A stretch of 64,000 nt of DNA, taken from contig MU619344.1 of the NCBI GenBank assembly GCA_025201805.1, positions 1 through 64,000 on the forward strand, given 5' to 3'. Positions 26,001-40,417 of this stretch are shown here, in pieces; positions within the stretch are counted from its first letter, which is position 1; the number at the start of each line of letters is the position of its first letter. The notes under the pieces were generated by a model that saw nothing but the letters and a program-made list of their open reading frames with translations, had not been told where the DNA came from and searched no databases. Source of the DNA: Parasitella parasitica NRRL 2501 (lineage: Eukaryota; Fungi; Mucoromycota). The translations under genes were made by a program, and so were the position numbers.

Positions 26001-29000
26001 CAGAGGTACACGACCAGGATCGGTAGGAGGGTTACAAGCACCAACAAACTGGATGCGCTCCAATGTAACCCACGCCTTGTCAGAAGTTCTCCAGAAGCCA
26101 TTGTACTCGACCAGCTGTCTCAGGAAAGAAATGACACGCTGCGTAAAGTATTTGTCGGTAGCAGGCAAGTTGATTTCATCGCAGAACACAACAAGCCAAC
26201 GACCAATCATAGTAGGTGACAGAATTACACCGTTAGGAGTCTTTCTGTACTCACAATGCTGTTCAAATGTCTTGAGGATCAATTCAGGGGTAGTGGCGCT
26301 GGAGAAATTGAGACCAACCACTTCCATGTCAGGAAGCTTACGAAGAGCACTAAACAGTGTCATTGTTTTACCGGAACCAGGAGGACCACAAAGAATGAGG
26401 GGCTTGTGCTCGGATAACCAGGAATACAACACTTCTTCATGGCGAATAGTGTCTACTGTGGGGATAATCATGTCAGCATCAGACACCTTGTGGGTCTCGA
26501 TTTCGACGACAGGGACCTTTGACTCCCAAGGCACCCATTGGCCAGTGTTGACCGCAATGTCGTAGTCAATGATGCTAGCATCGTTGGCAAGAGGGGGCAG
26601 TTCGTACGTAGTGACCCCGCGAACATAGTTGCCAAGGACAGCACGAAGCTCAAGCTTAGCGTCACCAGCAAAACTCCAGATGACAGAGTAAATAACACGC
26701 TTGGTGATGTAACCCTCTAAATGGTCGCCTGTCATGGGGAAGTCAGGGTGCTGTGAGTTGTATTCGAGCACATTGCGCACAGTCTTGTTGAGCAGTGAGA
26801 AAAATGTGGATAATACACGCATACGGGTGAAATCCATAATATGTTCCAAGGTAGAAGCATAATCCAAGCATTTGGCCACGAGGCAGCTCTCATCAGAGAG
26901 GTCGGAAGCCATGATAGCCGCAATGGCGCGTTGAGTGGCAAGATTAGGAGATACGGTGGTGCCGTCCTCTACAGCAGCGGCAACTGCTCCTGCGTTGCCA
27001 TCAGCATTGCGACGCGAAGAGGTAGGTCCCTCTTCTTCGATCTCGTCCATGGGCACGTTGCGCAAAGTATCCAAGTAGTTGGTAAAGATCATTGGGAGCG
27101 TAATGATATCTTCGCTGAACCAGACCATGCCACAGCGAGAGACAGTAGCCAGCGTAGCATATTTTAATGTTTCTACTTCAAACATGATGCGAACGTTCGG
27201 CGGCAGGTTGAGACGTTCACCGTTAGGCAGAGTCAATAGTCGGTTGTCGTCAAGAACAGAATTCAAGTTTTCAACCCACTCTGGGTCAACATCACCGTCA
27301 AAGATGATCCAGTGTCTCTTTTGGCTTTCGCCACGAACATTGTCGACAATCTTGCGGAGGATATGAGTGAACAAGCCGTCTGTCCATTCGCGGGTAGTGG
27401 AATCCAAAGTACCGTATAGCGCGTCCTTGGGAATAGCTTTGGGATCAATGTTGTAGGCAACACCTTCGACGCCCTCTACACGCTCAAGAGCAGTAAGCAG
27501 AGTCTTCCAAGCAGTGGATTTACCAGAACCAGATGGGCCCACCATCATCAAACCGTGATGGATGTTTTGGATCTGGTACAGTTGGATAACCTTGTCCATC
27601 CAAGCATCACCTGCAACAATGCGACGTTCCTGGCACACCTTGCGCAATTCGTCCTTGAGACGGTCAAGGTTCACAGGAGCATAGTGCACGCCAGGGAAGA
27701 CATCAGCAAGCAAGCTGGCCAAAAGAGGGATGTCATCCGCAACCAACTTGGGTTCGACGGTTTCTCTGATACTGGAAATGAGCAGTTGCTGCTCAGGCAC
27801 AGGCTCAGAAATGGTAGTGTACTCGTCATTGTTAGCTTTGCCGCTTTCAATGTCTTGACGGAGCAAGGCCAACCGATCACGCTTTAGATTACCAGCGCTG
27901 ACCAGCACACTCTTGAGCGCACGCAAACCGAAATCATAATGGGACTGAGGAGAAAGCTGTTCCGCACATAAATTGAAAAGAGGCACCACCTTGGAAGCCA
28001 GAATTTCTGCGGTACGGAAGCCCTGGGAATAGAGCATGACTTGAGCAATCAGCTCGCGGTCAGGCTTGGTCATTGCCATGCTTCTGAACAGCTTCTTCAA
28101 ATTGTCTGGCAGATTAGAACGGCCGGCATAGCCTGGATTCATGGTGATAAAGATACCGGTATCAGTATTCACACGCACATTACGACCGACCAGTTCGATT
28201 TCATGGTTGGGGTTAGTAGTAGCTTCTTTGAGGCCCAATTGAATGGTTTGAACCTGCTGCGAGACAGCAGACAAAATACGCTCTTCTAGACGATTGAACT
28301 CATCGAAACAGCCCCAAGCACCCACTTGACATAGACCAATAAAGATACGGCCCATAGCTTGGAAATCAAATGTCTCATCACAGCAAAAGACAAGCACGAA
28401 TCTTCCGAGTTGAACACCCAAGGCCTTGACAGACTCGGTCTTACCAGTACCGGCAGGGCCGAATGGTGAACCACCGAGACGCTGCTCTAATGCTTGAGTC
28501 AATGTCAAGTAACAGCGATCGGTCAGTGGGGTTTGGACGAGACGATCAACAACACCGAGATACTCGTAGCCATAAAAGAACTGGGCATTGGCCATGTTGA
28601 TGGTCAAGCGCTCGATAGGGTTTTCGACGGCATGGTTAAAGTAGTAGCGCATTTGGTACAACCAGTTGAAGTCCTTGGGAGAAGATATGTTGTCAGCAGC
28701 TAATTGACGAGTGACATCGCGCTGATGGACAAGCTCTGTCACCAGATGCTCGCACTTTCTACGCTTGATGACTTGCAAGTCCAGCAAAACTGCATCAGCC
28801 AGAATATTGAGATTTCGCTCAACAAGTACAACAGAATGCAAGAGCGGTTCTTGATCTCCAGTCGTTGATTCGCTAATTGTCGTCAATGCTTTGTCGACAG
28901 ATTGCGTCCAGATGATCTGAGCGGCTAATACGACAAGTTGGGCTGGATATCGGTCGATCCATTCCATAAAATCAGGAGAGCTCATTTCGTCTGCATTGTA

Positions 29001-32000
29001 GATAGCTTCAAGTTCCGTGACAGCGTCATTCAAAAGCAAAGCAAGCGACACTCGCATCTCATTCTCAAGAATGGTCAACCAGTCATTGATCTTTGGGTTC
29101 TCTTTGATGGACACAGGAGTCTTAAAAATAACCTCCTCGCCCTCCTTGGAGGCCATACCGGTGATGGCAGTGTGCTCCTCGTCCAGCAAAATGGTAGCAA
29201 TACCAGCAAACATCTTTTTGAAATGCTTCTGGATGCGCAAGATATCCTTGCTGTTACCAATGATTTCAAGCAAATCTTCGTCACCCACAAAATAGAAACG
29301 AGGGAATGAAGAGCGCTCACGCTCAAGGTATTCACCGAGAGCCTTTTGGATCTTACTCAACAACTCTGCAAGACGCTCCAGAGATTTTTGGATGTTGGGG
29401 ATGTTTAAAACGTCCATGACGAATGGCGACTTGTAGACCTTCTTCATCACAGTCAAGAATTCAGTATTGATGCTAGAGAAACGGGACGTCTCGACCGGGA
29501 GCAAATGTTTGATATCGACACTGCCACTAAAGATACCTTCCAGGTAAACCCACTGGCGCTGAACATCGATCCAGACATCGAACAAGACATGGACTCGGTT
29601 CAATTTGTCTTCCCAAGCAGCAGCATCCTCCTCAAAGACTTTGTAGTAAGGCGACAGCTTCATAGCAGTCAGAGAATTGATGTGTTCGCCCGATTTGTTA
29701 AAGAGATCATCCCAGCCACGGATAAGACGACAGCGGTTTTGATAATTGACAAGATCCAGCACATACCCAGTCCATGTTTCCTTGATCTGCTTCAAGAACT
29801 CTTCCAATGCCATCTCACCTTGAGCTTGCAGAATGACATCCTTGATTACAGCTTCATTGCGCTTCAGATCAAGGTCCCACAGATGGCCAATAGTCATTTC
29901 AGACAAGGTAAAGCGGCCTTCAACACGAAGGGATTTAAAAATCTGGCGCCAATGTCGCTCACGAAGAGCTTCAGACTTTAGATCGCCAACAAGTGGGTTT
30001 ACTCTCAAGAGCTGACGCAAAGTGTCTTGCATGAATTCATAGGCAGCATATTGTCTCATGCGATTAGGCATCTCTTTGGTGGAGTTGACAAGCTCGTCGA
30101 TATGGGACCGGACCTTACGAGGCACGACAGATGACCACGGAGTATCGCGAATTTCATACACTGATTGCCATACACGAGCAAGTGCTGTCCAGACAGATTT
30201 CAAATCTCGAAGCTCCTCAAGCACAGGATCCAGACGATCCTCAGACGTTTGTTCCAAGTCAAGAGCCTCCTTGGCACGACACACCATATCGTACTCCTCT
30301 TTGAGACGTGTAACACGACCTTCAAAGATAGACAGGGTATTTGTAGCAATGTCAGGCTTGATGTCGCCTTGAACTGGCTTACTCTTTTCCCACTCTGCAC
30401 AGATGTCTCTAATCTTTTGCTCGACCACCTTGTCCTCAGCAACAATCTTCATCTGCAGGCCAGCAATCTGCTCTTGGATGGCATTGTTCTTTCTGCTCAA
30501 AATTTCGTTGAACGCGCTCCATTCACCATCAACCTGATCAACATAAACCCAATCGTTGGGAAATTGGAAACGTTGTCGCTCCAAAGTCTTTTGTCCCTGT
30601 CTGAAAAGGTCAACATCTTGGCTCCATTTAGCGACTTTACGCTTCAGATCTTGCACAAAGGTGATGAATGTAACTGCCTCGCCGGTAGAGTTGCTCTCGA
30701 TGGATTGCTGCTCAAGCTCGTAGCGTGCTTTGGACACATTCGTGTGGAAATCCTTCATGGAAGTGCCAAGAAGAGACCCGAATTTGTTGAGGATTTCACG
30801 TTGCCATTGATCGTACTTTTGATTCACTTTGCTTTGAACCTGCTCGTAGTCAATCACAAGAGGACCAAACGACTGTTCAGTCTCAGAGTTGTCGAATGTG
30901 GACCGGGCCTTCTTGATTTCCAGCAGGATTTGCTGCCATTTACCAAGGTCATCTTCGAGAATAGAGAATACATGGCTCGACTCCAAATCCCAGAGCGATT
31001 GATACTGAAGCCAAATGTTAACATAGTCGGATACTTGTCGGATCTTGTCTTCAACAATCTGATAGGCATGCTCAAGCGAGTTATCGCCCATGCGGGTCAG
31101 TAAGCTTGCGTACGTCTTTTCGATGGATGGGTTGTCCTTGACACTCAAACCACCTTCGTATCGAGAGCTTTGAATGCGAGGCAGATGGCACACCACAGCA
31201 AGCCAGTCGTGAAGCTGGAACCACCAACTGGTGCGAGCTTGCTCAATAGGAGGGTCAAGATACATAAGTTGATTGCGAATGCGAATCTCATGGACAATGG
31301 TTTGAAGAGCAGGCTTAACGTCGGGCGACTTTTGTTGGTGTGTCAGAGCATTTTCTTCTGTAGCAACTGCGATACTGTCGCGGCCAGCCTTTCTCTTACG
31401 TCTGCTCTTGGAAATGCTCGCCTCAGGAATAATCACATCCTCAGTAGTAACTCCCATAAATGCATTGGTCCACGATCTTATAGCCTGCTGGAGACGAGAT
31501 ATCAAGACAGTCTCGATGCGCTTGTCCAAGCCTGCAACCCACTGATCGAGGTTCGAGTAATTTTCCAAATTCAAGCGATCAATCAGCTTTTGAACACGAC
31601 TGAGGTCATCTTCAAAGCGCTCTGCTTGATACGGACATGCTTTCATTTCATCAATGCCCTTCTGGATCTCATCGTAATAGCCTATTAAAGAGTCGACCTT
31701 GTCTTGGAACACAGAAACAACATTTGCAAACTCACGAACAAACATAACATGGCGATTTTCACGCGCATCCAAAGGAGTGCCTGTCATAAAAGACAGTGGG
31801 CGATGGTGGGCATCGTATGTGTTGACAAAGTAATCCCAGCGCAGATTAATGCCTTTGGTGATCATATTATGGACTTCGTGGCGGTCATTTGCGACCAGAG
31901 TCGAGATTTCAGGGTTGCGGTTGACCTTGTGCACCGTTTGAGAAAAGGTACGAACAGTCTCCATCAGGCTGACAGCAAAAGGATATACACGCTTGGCATC

Positions 32001-34946
32001 TTTGGCAACGTTGGAGATAGTGTGAGGTACCTGGAAATTGAGCCATAACAAATTACGCACTTCCTTGAACAAGGTAATGATTTGACCGTCAAAATTGACA
32101 CCTAATTGAAGCGCATTCTTCTGCACACGGTTTCGAGTGATTTCAAAAATGCGACCAGAGACAGATAAATCACGCTTGGTGATTTCCTGTAGCCAGTTTT
32201 CATAGATGAGACGAGTATCCAGCTTTTTGCGAAAGCTGCTGCTTTCAATCTGAAGTTTTTGGCCTTCTGCATATAGCTCCCAACCTTTACCAAGCACATC
32301 CTCCACACGTCTCATGTACAAGGATAATTGGCGGTCGATTTGACGAGCCCAGATAATAGCGCCAGAAATAGGCGGCAAATCACGCAGCTGCGCCATGTGA
32401 TAAGCTTCAGAGTTTCTATACTGCATTTTGAACTTGTCGTGCAATTTGTTGATGTCTTCCTTGACGCTATCAATGAGCTGGGTCTGGTACTCTTGAATGG
32501 CACCGCGAATCTTGGGACGCACGAATAATGCATTGAATTTGCTAAAGACGCGGAACATCTCGTTGGCACTCTTGGCTGTACCCAGTCTATCACGCAATCG
32601 TGCAATGATTTGGTTCTCGACTCGAGACACACGCTCGTTGTATGCTGTTTCTGCCTGTACCCAAATTTCAGTGCCTTCAGGAGACACGTCCAGGACATCA
32701 ATATTCTTAACGCTTTCGTAAGCAAGTTTGACTTCTTCGACTGCATTGATGTCGCTAATGCTGACACTCTCCTCCTCTTCCATGACGCTCTTGACCTGAC
32801 CGTCAACGACAACAGTAGCCTTCTTGGCACGAGGACTTGTCATGACACGAACAATGGTCTGATGGAGCTGTTCGTGTTGCTTTCGGAAAGCGCGGACAAA
32901 GACCACACGCTCTTGCAATTTAGCATGGGCAGGGTTGATCTTGATAGGCAAGAATTTCTCTGATCTTTTGCGCGTTACATCGCGAGCAACATTGGTGAAT
33001 TCTTTGATTAGATCATCCCATGTGTGGAAAACGGACTCTGCACCGGCAGTGGTACGTTCGAAATCGTCATATTCCATGTACATCATGCGACGACTGCCCA
33101 AAACCTTCAAAAGTTGATCATTCAAGTCTCTTGAAATCGCTTCTACGAGAGGCAGTGCACGGCGAATAGGGTAAGGACTAGGCAACAAGCGAGTTAGATA
33201 TCAGCCCGTCTAAGCAGACAGCCCATACTTACGATAGCTTGAGTTTCTTGTTCAAATGACCGAAAATCATATGCAAAGATTCTCGTATCTTGTCCAGATC
33301 AGTAGCAGACAAAAGCTCGTTCAAAGGGAAGTCTTTCATCAACTGGTTGTACTTGTGGACAAGCTCCATGCCTTCCTTCAGACCAGTGTCGGCAATGAAG
33401 CTTACAGTGGCATGAAAACGCTTGGCGTGCTTCAAGATGTCGAGCGTTAATGCTATGATCGTATCATGTTAATAAGCAATAGACTTTATACAGGAATTCA
33501 TTGCCGAGTCCCTTTTTAGAAATGCATCAATTTTGCCCTCATTCAACGAAATTTGTCAAAACCGCTAAAGTAATTTGTTTGATACAAATATCTGCTATTT
33601 GACACACAGGTGCTTATATATGATTGTTGTAATTCAGAGTTCCGCTTTGAGTGATACGCCATGCTGTAGATGCATGTGCCTTTGGGGGTTTACCGAGCAA
33701 AACGATGCTCTGCGCATCACTCATTTTATTTCCATGAACATCTGTCAGCGTATCTGCTGAATAAAGAGAAGGGCAAAATCGACACATTTTAAAGGGGTTT
33801 TTTTTTCAAATAAAAATCCAAAGATCATGCAATGAAATCCCTGCTGCAAAAATGTCAATAAACAAAACTTACTGATCTGGTCGCTCTTTAGCTGCTCGTC
33901 AATTTTTTCCAATGCTCTTTCCATACTCAACCAAAAGTTAATTTCTTGGATGGCAGTGCCGCTAGCAGGATCGCGAGACATTTTGGTCACTTTTTGGATC
34001 TCCTTGATCCAACCGTTTACATCGCTTTGTAAACGATTAAGGAACGAAGAGTCAGAAAAAAGCGTCGGGTCAACAGCTTCGACAGTGATTCGTTTGTTTT
34101 GCTCACGACACTAAGAATGAGCGTTAGTAATTTGCAAGCATCGCTTTACCAATCTTATTACCTTATCCACTGCCTTTTGGACAACAGGATGGATGTTTAA
34201 TGCAATCTCAGGGATTTCCACATTTTGTTGCAAATGAAGCAAACTCAATTCGAGCTCTGCCATCTTCTTCTTGGCCATGGGAACACCCATCTTGTTATCC
34301 TCATTCTTGCTCTTTGATGAGCTTGCTTCGTTGGCTTTTCCATGTCTAGCGTTGACATAGGCGTTGAAGTAAGGGCTTACAGCCAAATGGATATAAGAAT
34401 GCAAAAATTCATAAGCGCTGGTTTGGCCGGGTTCGTCCGAATTGGGGGCACCAGGCAAGTTAATAAATTGTAGTTGATTTTGAAGTGGTCTTGATTGATC
34501 CAAAGTTGGCAAACGCTTAATAATAGCTAAAGAACCAACATGAGTTGGAAGATACGTAATCTCGTGAGATACGGTATACGCAAATGATTGAGGCGAAGCA
34601 GCATCATCTATCAATAAATATACACGCGGTTAGAAAAGCCATTCAGGGACGAACGCTGATGCAAGAAATCCATACCTTCGTCTTTGCCGCCTTCTTTTTC
34701 TTTGAGGATAAATATTACTGGTGTTTGTGGATCGTTGGCAAAACGCTTAAACTTTTCCATCGTATCAGGGTATGCAAAGAGAGTGTTTTCCAAATCAACG
34801 ATCTCGGCATCCAAAACCAAAGGCAACAATTGCTCAAAGTACTCTTGCAGCTTCTGGTGATCAAACGAGAGCAATGCTTCGGCAGCAATGGTGCCGGGAG
34901 ATGCTATGGATGAGGAGGTATGGAGAGAAGTGTCCTCGTCGAGCAT
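20086..34946 (-). CDS. DYN1: Cytoplasmic dynein 1 heavy chain
   Basis: Four P-loops [32 protein letters not shown]; [10 protein letters not shown]; [19 protein letters not shown]; stalk/MTBD, AAA5-6 and full C-terminal domain; about 7 exons. Confidence 0.99.
33510..33797. repeat. Imperfect inverted-repeat (MITE-like) insert inside dynein intron 33453-33872
   Basis: CCCTTTTTAGAAATGCATCAATTTTGCCCTC (33510-33540) pairs imperfectly with GAGAAGGGCAAAATCGACACATTTTAAAGGGG (33766-33797); inner stem 33648-33723. Confidence 0.6.
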
Positions 34947-35591
34947 TTTCTTGGGATTTTATGTTTTTTTGGGGATTTTTTCAGTAGACGCTTAAGATGT
35001 TTGCGATGTAATGAGCTTGGTATATTGTAGATTTAAATCCTTTACTTGTTCTATCACTTGATTTTTCGTTTGATTAACGCGTAAAAACTAAAAATCAAGA
35101 GCAAAACGACAAGTGGTAGTGCTCTTTCAAGAAAAGAAAAAGAAAGTGAACAAGCAAAGAATACCAGAATGCAAGCTGCGAGCCTGCAAAACTCAAAGAG
35201 GGGCAACACAGGAAATTAGGCAACCACGAGTTGATTGGCACACTGGGTTTCAAGCAAACAGATACCAGACGACGTTACCATGTCAGGGGCAAGCAACTGC
35301 AAAACAAATAAATGCGAGATGGTTCAAATGTACTGAATAATTGGGAGCACTTGTATTATTTATAATTTGTAAGACTCAAATACATACATAGCGTTTGTTA
35401 CTTTCTGATGAGCATTACAAGGTGCCGTTAAAATAAAGGCTTTCACTTACATACAGTGTTCTTCACTGTCTACACTGAAAATTTCCATAATAAGGTATCA
35501 GTACGCACGCCTGTGCGTCTGTCTGATGCCGCTAAAGTACCCGCTTGACTGTTTACATTTCAAATGATGGATAGAGTGCAAAGTAGTTGTT

Positions 35592-35776
35592 NNNNNNNNN
35601 NNNNNNNNNNNNNNNNNNNNNNNNNNNNNNNNNNNNNNNNNNNNNNNNNNNNNNNNNNNNNNNNNNNNNNNNNNNNNNNNNNNNNNNNNNNNNNNNNNNN
35701 NNNNNNNNNNNNNNNNNNNNNNNNNNNNNNNNNNNNNNNNNNNNNNNNNNNNNNNNNNNNNNNNNNNNNNNNNNNN
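35592..35776. other. Assembly gap (N run)
   Basis: 185 N characters. Confidence 0.99.
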
Positions 35777-37082
35777 TCACACTTTACATCACGAAACATT
35801 CCCATACAGTAGATAATATTATCACCATCAAGGCTCAAATATCACCACTTTGATAGAAAGTTAGGCACTTTTTTATCGGCTCAAGTGCTTGAATGGTTTC
35901 CCAGAGCTCATAGCCTGTTTCAAATGCATTTTCACCTATAAAAAAAAAAAAAAAAAAATAGAAGATTGTTGATCTTCAACGATGTGTCACTGAGGTCCCA
36001 TAAAGCAAAACGGATTAGTCAGGTTTGACCTCAATGTGGTTTTTTGTTATGGTATATACTAATCGAAGATATTCCATTTATCGTTTCAATTTTGATATGC
36101 AATTACCATTTTAGGTATTTCATACTTTAACAAAGAGACCCATTTTCCTTTGCAAATTTCTCTGAAATGTATACCACTAGGTAAACAATTTCAGAATCTT
36201 TAAATTTTTTGGGATATATTGACAAACTAATATCAGTGAATCCAAAACACTACTTAATTTGCAGTTAATTTGAAGCTCGATTCCATGGTAATTGCATGAC
36301 ATAATTATCTAGAAGAAATAAGGAAAGGCTTTGTATATTTAGTATACGCACCCATCAAGCGTATGATAGTTCGACGCACATGTGGCAATTTTTAATTAAG
36401 ATTTATTCCCCTCATTATAACAGCTAACGGTCTACCAACACACGCCTGCTTTAATGTATTGGTATATATAAGCATCCTTTAACTGGCATAGAGTATTCAC
36501 TTACATCTAATCCATAAGTGATATACAAGACAAAAAAATATATAACGGGATACATTGATTGATTTTTGTCTAGTTCCTATTCAAATAAGCCTTCCTGATT
36601 ATTATTAGCATCATTTAACTCAAAGTCGCACACTTCAGCCTTACTATCTGCACATTTGAATGGATTAAAATAGATTCTCATAAAAAAGGGCATATCTGGT
36701 CCAAAAAAGAAAAAGCATTTTGATTCTAAAAAGCAAAGACAAGCAATATTTGGATCAGTTATAAAGTACATCAATAAGAGATCACGTTTTACATGTTGCG
36801 ACGATACAGACAAAAACTGTTGTAAATATTTATAACGATTTACTATTTGAAACAGAATTGAACAGTGTTTTATATGTAAAAAGCTTGATTTATTTAGTAA
36901 TAGGCATTAAAGAAAAGTGTATAAAGTTTAGCATTCTGCCAACATAGTATTATAAGAAAGGATATGTATAGTCATATATTAGAGTCAAAAATAAAAATAA
37001 AAATAAAAAAAAATAGGTGATGATAAAGAAAGTGTGTTAACAGAAATATACAGTTTAAAAGGTATAAATGGAGAAAGTGTTA

Positions 37083-38239
37083 TCAAGACATATGAGCGCT
37101 GGTGGCCAACATCAAACCAGCACTTCCATGAGTATGTCGCACTTGCTGTAAAATCATTTCCAAGTCTCTTACTCTCTGTTGGTACTGAACTACATCATTT
37201 TGTAGTTTCCTTATTTGCTCCACGCTCTTGCGCAGGATGGTACCTTTATTCATTCGGTTAACACCATCATCGACGGCATCAGGTAAAAGAGTCCCCAATT
37301 CCTGAATTCTATCGTTTATATTATCCCTTCTTCTTCTTTCAACTAACAATGTAATCAGCAAAAATAAAAAGCTCTTTGTTGTGTCGATATAGTCTACATT
37401 ACCTGCATTATGAGATTCTCTTCTTCTTCGTCTCTTTTCCATAATAGCTTGCATACTAAAATAAGAATAAACAAACAAATAAACAAATAAATAAAAAACG
37501 ACGGATATACAAGCTCTAATAAGGGATTTTACTTTGCTTGGGTAGAATAGTCCTCAGGATTATAATTAGGATCATCCAACATGTCAGCGTTACTCGAAGG
37601 TATCACATTGGAAGATTGATGCGATGTTGCTATGGAGATCATGTCATCTGAGCCAGCAAAAGAGGAATAGCCATGAAAACCCATGTTGGAAGGTGCACTT
37701 CCAGCTACTTGTTTGCTTAATCGGCTTTCGTTATTGCTATGGTCAAATGAAGAGATTGGATAGTAATTATTGTGATGTGGACCATATCCTGCTAAACCGC
37801 CAATGGAAGAGGCATCTACCTCGGTTGTGGAGCGTTTCATTTGTACTGAATACCCGCCAAAAGTCGTTGATTGTTGCTGATGGTGATGGCTTTGCTCTTG
37901 TTTTATTGCTTCATCAAACATATAGTTATTTCCCTCATGTTGACGGTACAATGATGAAGTCGTTCGAGGTTGATAATCACCATTATTAGGGGAGCTTGCA
38001 AGCTCCGAATAGTCTAAATCGGATAGATTGGGAGATTCATGTTGTTCCTGATTTTGATGCTGTTGATGTTGTTGATGTTGTTGATGAGTGAATAACAAAT
38101 GAGCATTATCCAGCATTTGCGATGGATTTATTCCCATTGAAGGAGATTCCTTATATCTCATTTGCTGTAAATGATACGTTGTGGGATTAGCTAAACGACT
38201 TTGAGTTTGACCGCTGTTAGCACCAAGATGTTGAGTCAT
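37083..38239 (-). CDS. bHLH-zip transcription factor, MiT/TFE / Rtg3-like, 3 exons
   Basis: [50 protein letters not shown] followed by a zipper; Q/H-rich N-terminus. Confidence 0.9.
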
Positions 38240-39059
38240 GTTAAATAATAAAATTTTAAGAGAAATGAGAGAAGAAAGAAAGAAAAATGCACAGTTTTTA
38301 TGAGAATTTAAGCGCGCGGGTCAATTGTTATTTAACCAAAATGAGAGATGTAACTCAAAGATCAAAAAAGGATTTAGAATGGGTCATTCATACAAAATGT
38401 AAAAAGGCTCAAGGTGGGACAGAACAAAAGATTCCCGTTTCAGTTCAACTTAGCCTCAAAACATGCGTATAGAAAGTTTTATGAAAAGTAACAAAGATCG
38501 CATGTATAGAAGTCAACTGTAGTGATGAGAATATTTGTTCTCTACATCAAAGGACTCTTTACATATATTGCTCTTTGTTGTCGAATACAATATATCTGCT
38601 GACGATTAAAATAAAAAACCACGGGGCCACTTTCTTTAAAGCAAACATAGAATAGGAAGTTCCTGATTCCGTTCAAAAATGCCTCTTGTTAAAATCATAC
38701 GCACCAGATTCATAAAGTCTAGTAACAACCTCTTTCCTGACTTGAGAATAAATAAAATGCGGATGGAAAAGTTGACTTGATGCACAATGATACTAGCAAT
38801 TTTTGTGTGAGTTGCGAACAGAATGAATATGTTTCAAGTGCTTCCTGAAGTTAGGTACGCCGGAGTAATTAAATGTTTGAAAAAGTTTATGTCAAACGGC
38901 TGCATTTGATTTGAAAATATTATGTAGATTATGGCCGACACAATGATTATTTGGCAGCATTGCAAATATTGCAATAAAAGTTAAAATCACGAGGATTAGA
39001 AAGTTGACAAGTTTTGAAAACATTCAAGGATTGCAAAGATGATAGCATCCATGACAAAA

Positions 39060-40340
39060 GTAATTGACCTCACTGATGTCCCGCATTTGATCTTTTTCTG
39101 ACCGATCGACCAAGAAAATGTATTGACAAACGGTGTATTGCATTTATATTCGAGGGATAATTTCTTACGCAAACATAATACAATGTATACGGATTAGGCT
39201 TATTGATGTTCTGGATATAGCCAGGTACATAAACACTATTTACCATATGTTTTATATATGTTTGAGCTTGGCTTCATAATATGTTGCTGTTGGCCTTGTG
39301 ACTTGGTGAGTCGATACGTTGTTGACTGGTTAGCCAAGTCAAGAAAGCCAAGCATAGCAAGACAGCATACATCTTCAGATCTCTCGAGATTAAATATGTA
39401 ACAAAAAGGGCGTGTACAGCAGACAATAGGACAATACATGGAAAAGGACTTGCACATTCAGTCACTCTCTAGTCAAAACAAGTGGAAATACTGTATATCA
39501 CCAAGCAAGGTAATGTAGAGGGAAGCTTTTGTGGCACCATCCAGGCTCCTACTTTTCTTTGTTAGTGTATTGTCAGACATGATTTGTTTCTATTCTTTTT
39601 AAATCATTAATTCCTAATGTACTACTCTGAAAGGACATTGGAAATTAGATACAGAATACACGATAAAACGGTTATTTCCAACGACACTAAATAAAGATGC
39701 TACAATTGATTATAATACGGACTTTATTGATAACTGAAAAAGGAGGCCAAGATTGCTCTGGCCCTGATTTCTAAATGCACTTGGCCATACCTGAAAGTTA
39801 ATTTGTGAAGTAATTAGTGCAAGTTCTATCGTAGTTGTCAAGAAATCACCAAAATCAATCCTTGGAAGGATATTCAAAATAACCTATTAAAGTTCAATAG
39901 ATGCAATTTTTTGCTTTCTTTATAGTGATAGAAATGTCAGAAACTTAAAATAGATGACAAGCTAGAGAAAATAACATCTATGTGATGGAGAAAACAACAC
40001 AGTGAGTATTGATTTTGGCGGAAAAACTTCATCATTGACAGCAGCATAGACGAAAAAAATTACAAATGAAAAACTAACATGTTATAATTGAAAGACATAT
40101 GTTATAATTCTGATTATAAAAAGACGATTGTCTGATGAGACAGAATCAAGATTATGACGCCAGTGGGCTTTTCATTTATAATACATAGCAATGAATAATA
40201 AACCGAAGACGATAATGTTTAGGTATGCACGAACGGAACATCTATAAAACAAGGGTAGGCATACACGAATTGTGGTAAATGCAATGTTGGTCCATATGTC
40301 TTTCTTCATTCACTGCTGAAATCTTTTCATGCAGTGCTTC
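39060..40340 (+). mobile_element. Heavily decayed piggyBac-like transposase relic
   Basis: Fragments in the expected order: LMSR (39076), GKGLAHSV (39440), FCGTI (39527), IDYN (39705), and a C-terminal Cys-rich ribbon RRR.C..VC...NCGKCNVG...KSFH (40204-40330); many stops and frameshifts. Confidence 0.5.
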
Positions 40341-40417
40341 CACTCTCAGTCCACAGAATTTTTGAAAATACAGCCCACTTTTTGATGAAATAAAACATAC
40401 TATATATTTTTGCGGAA

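Noticed and set aside
20698-33117. Many long + strand ORFs (up to 312 aa) overlapping dynein
   Set aside because: Antisense shadows of a long codon-biased CDS; no recognisable domains.
35553-35853. ORFs made of X residues
   Set aside because: Artefacts of the N gap.
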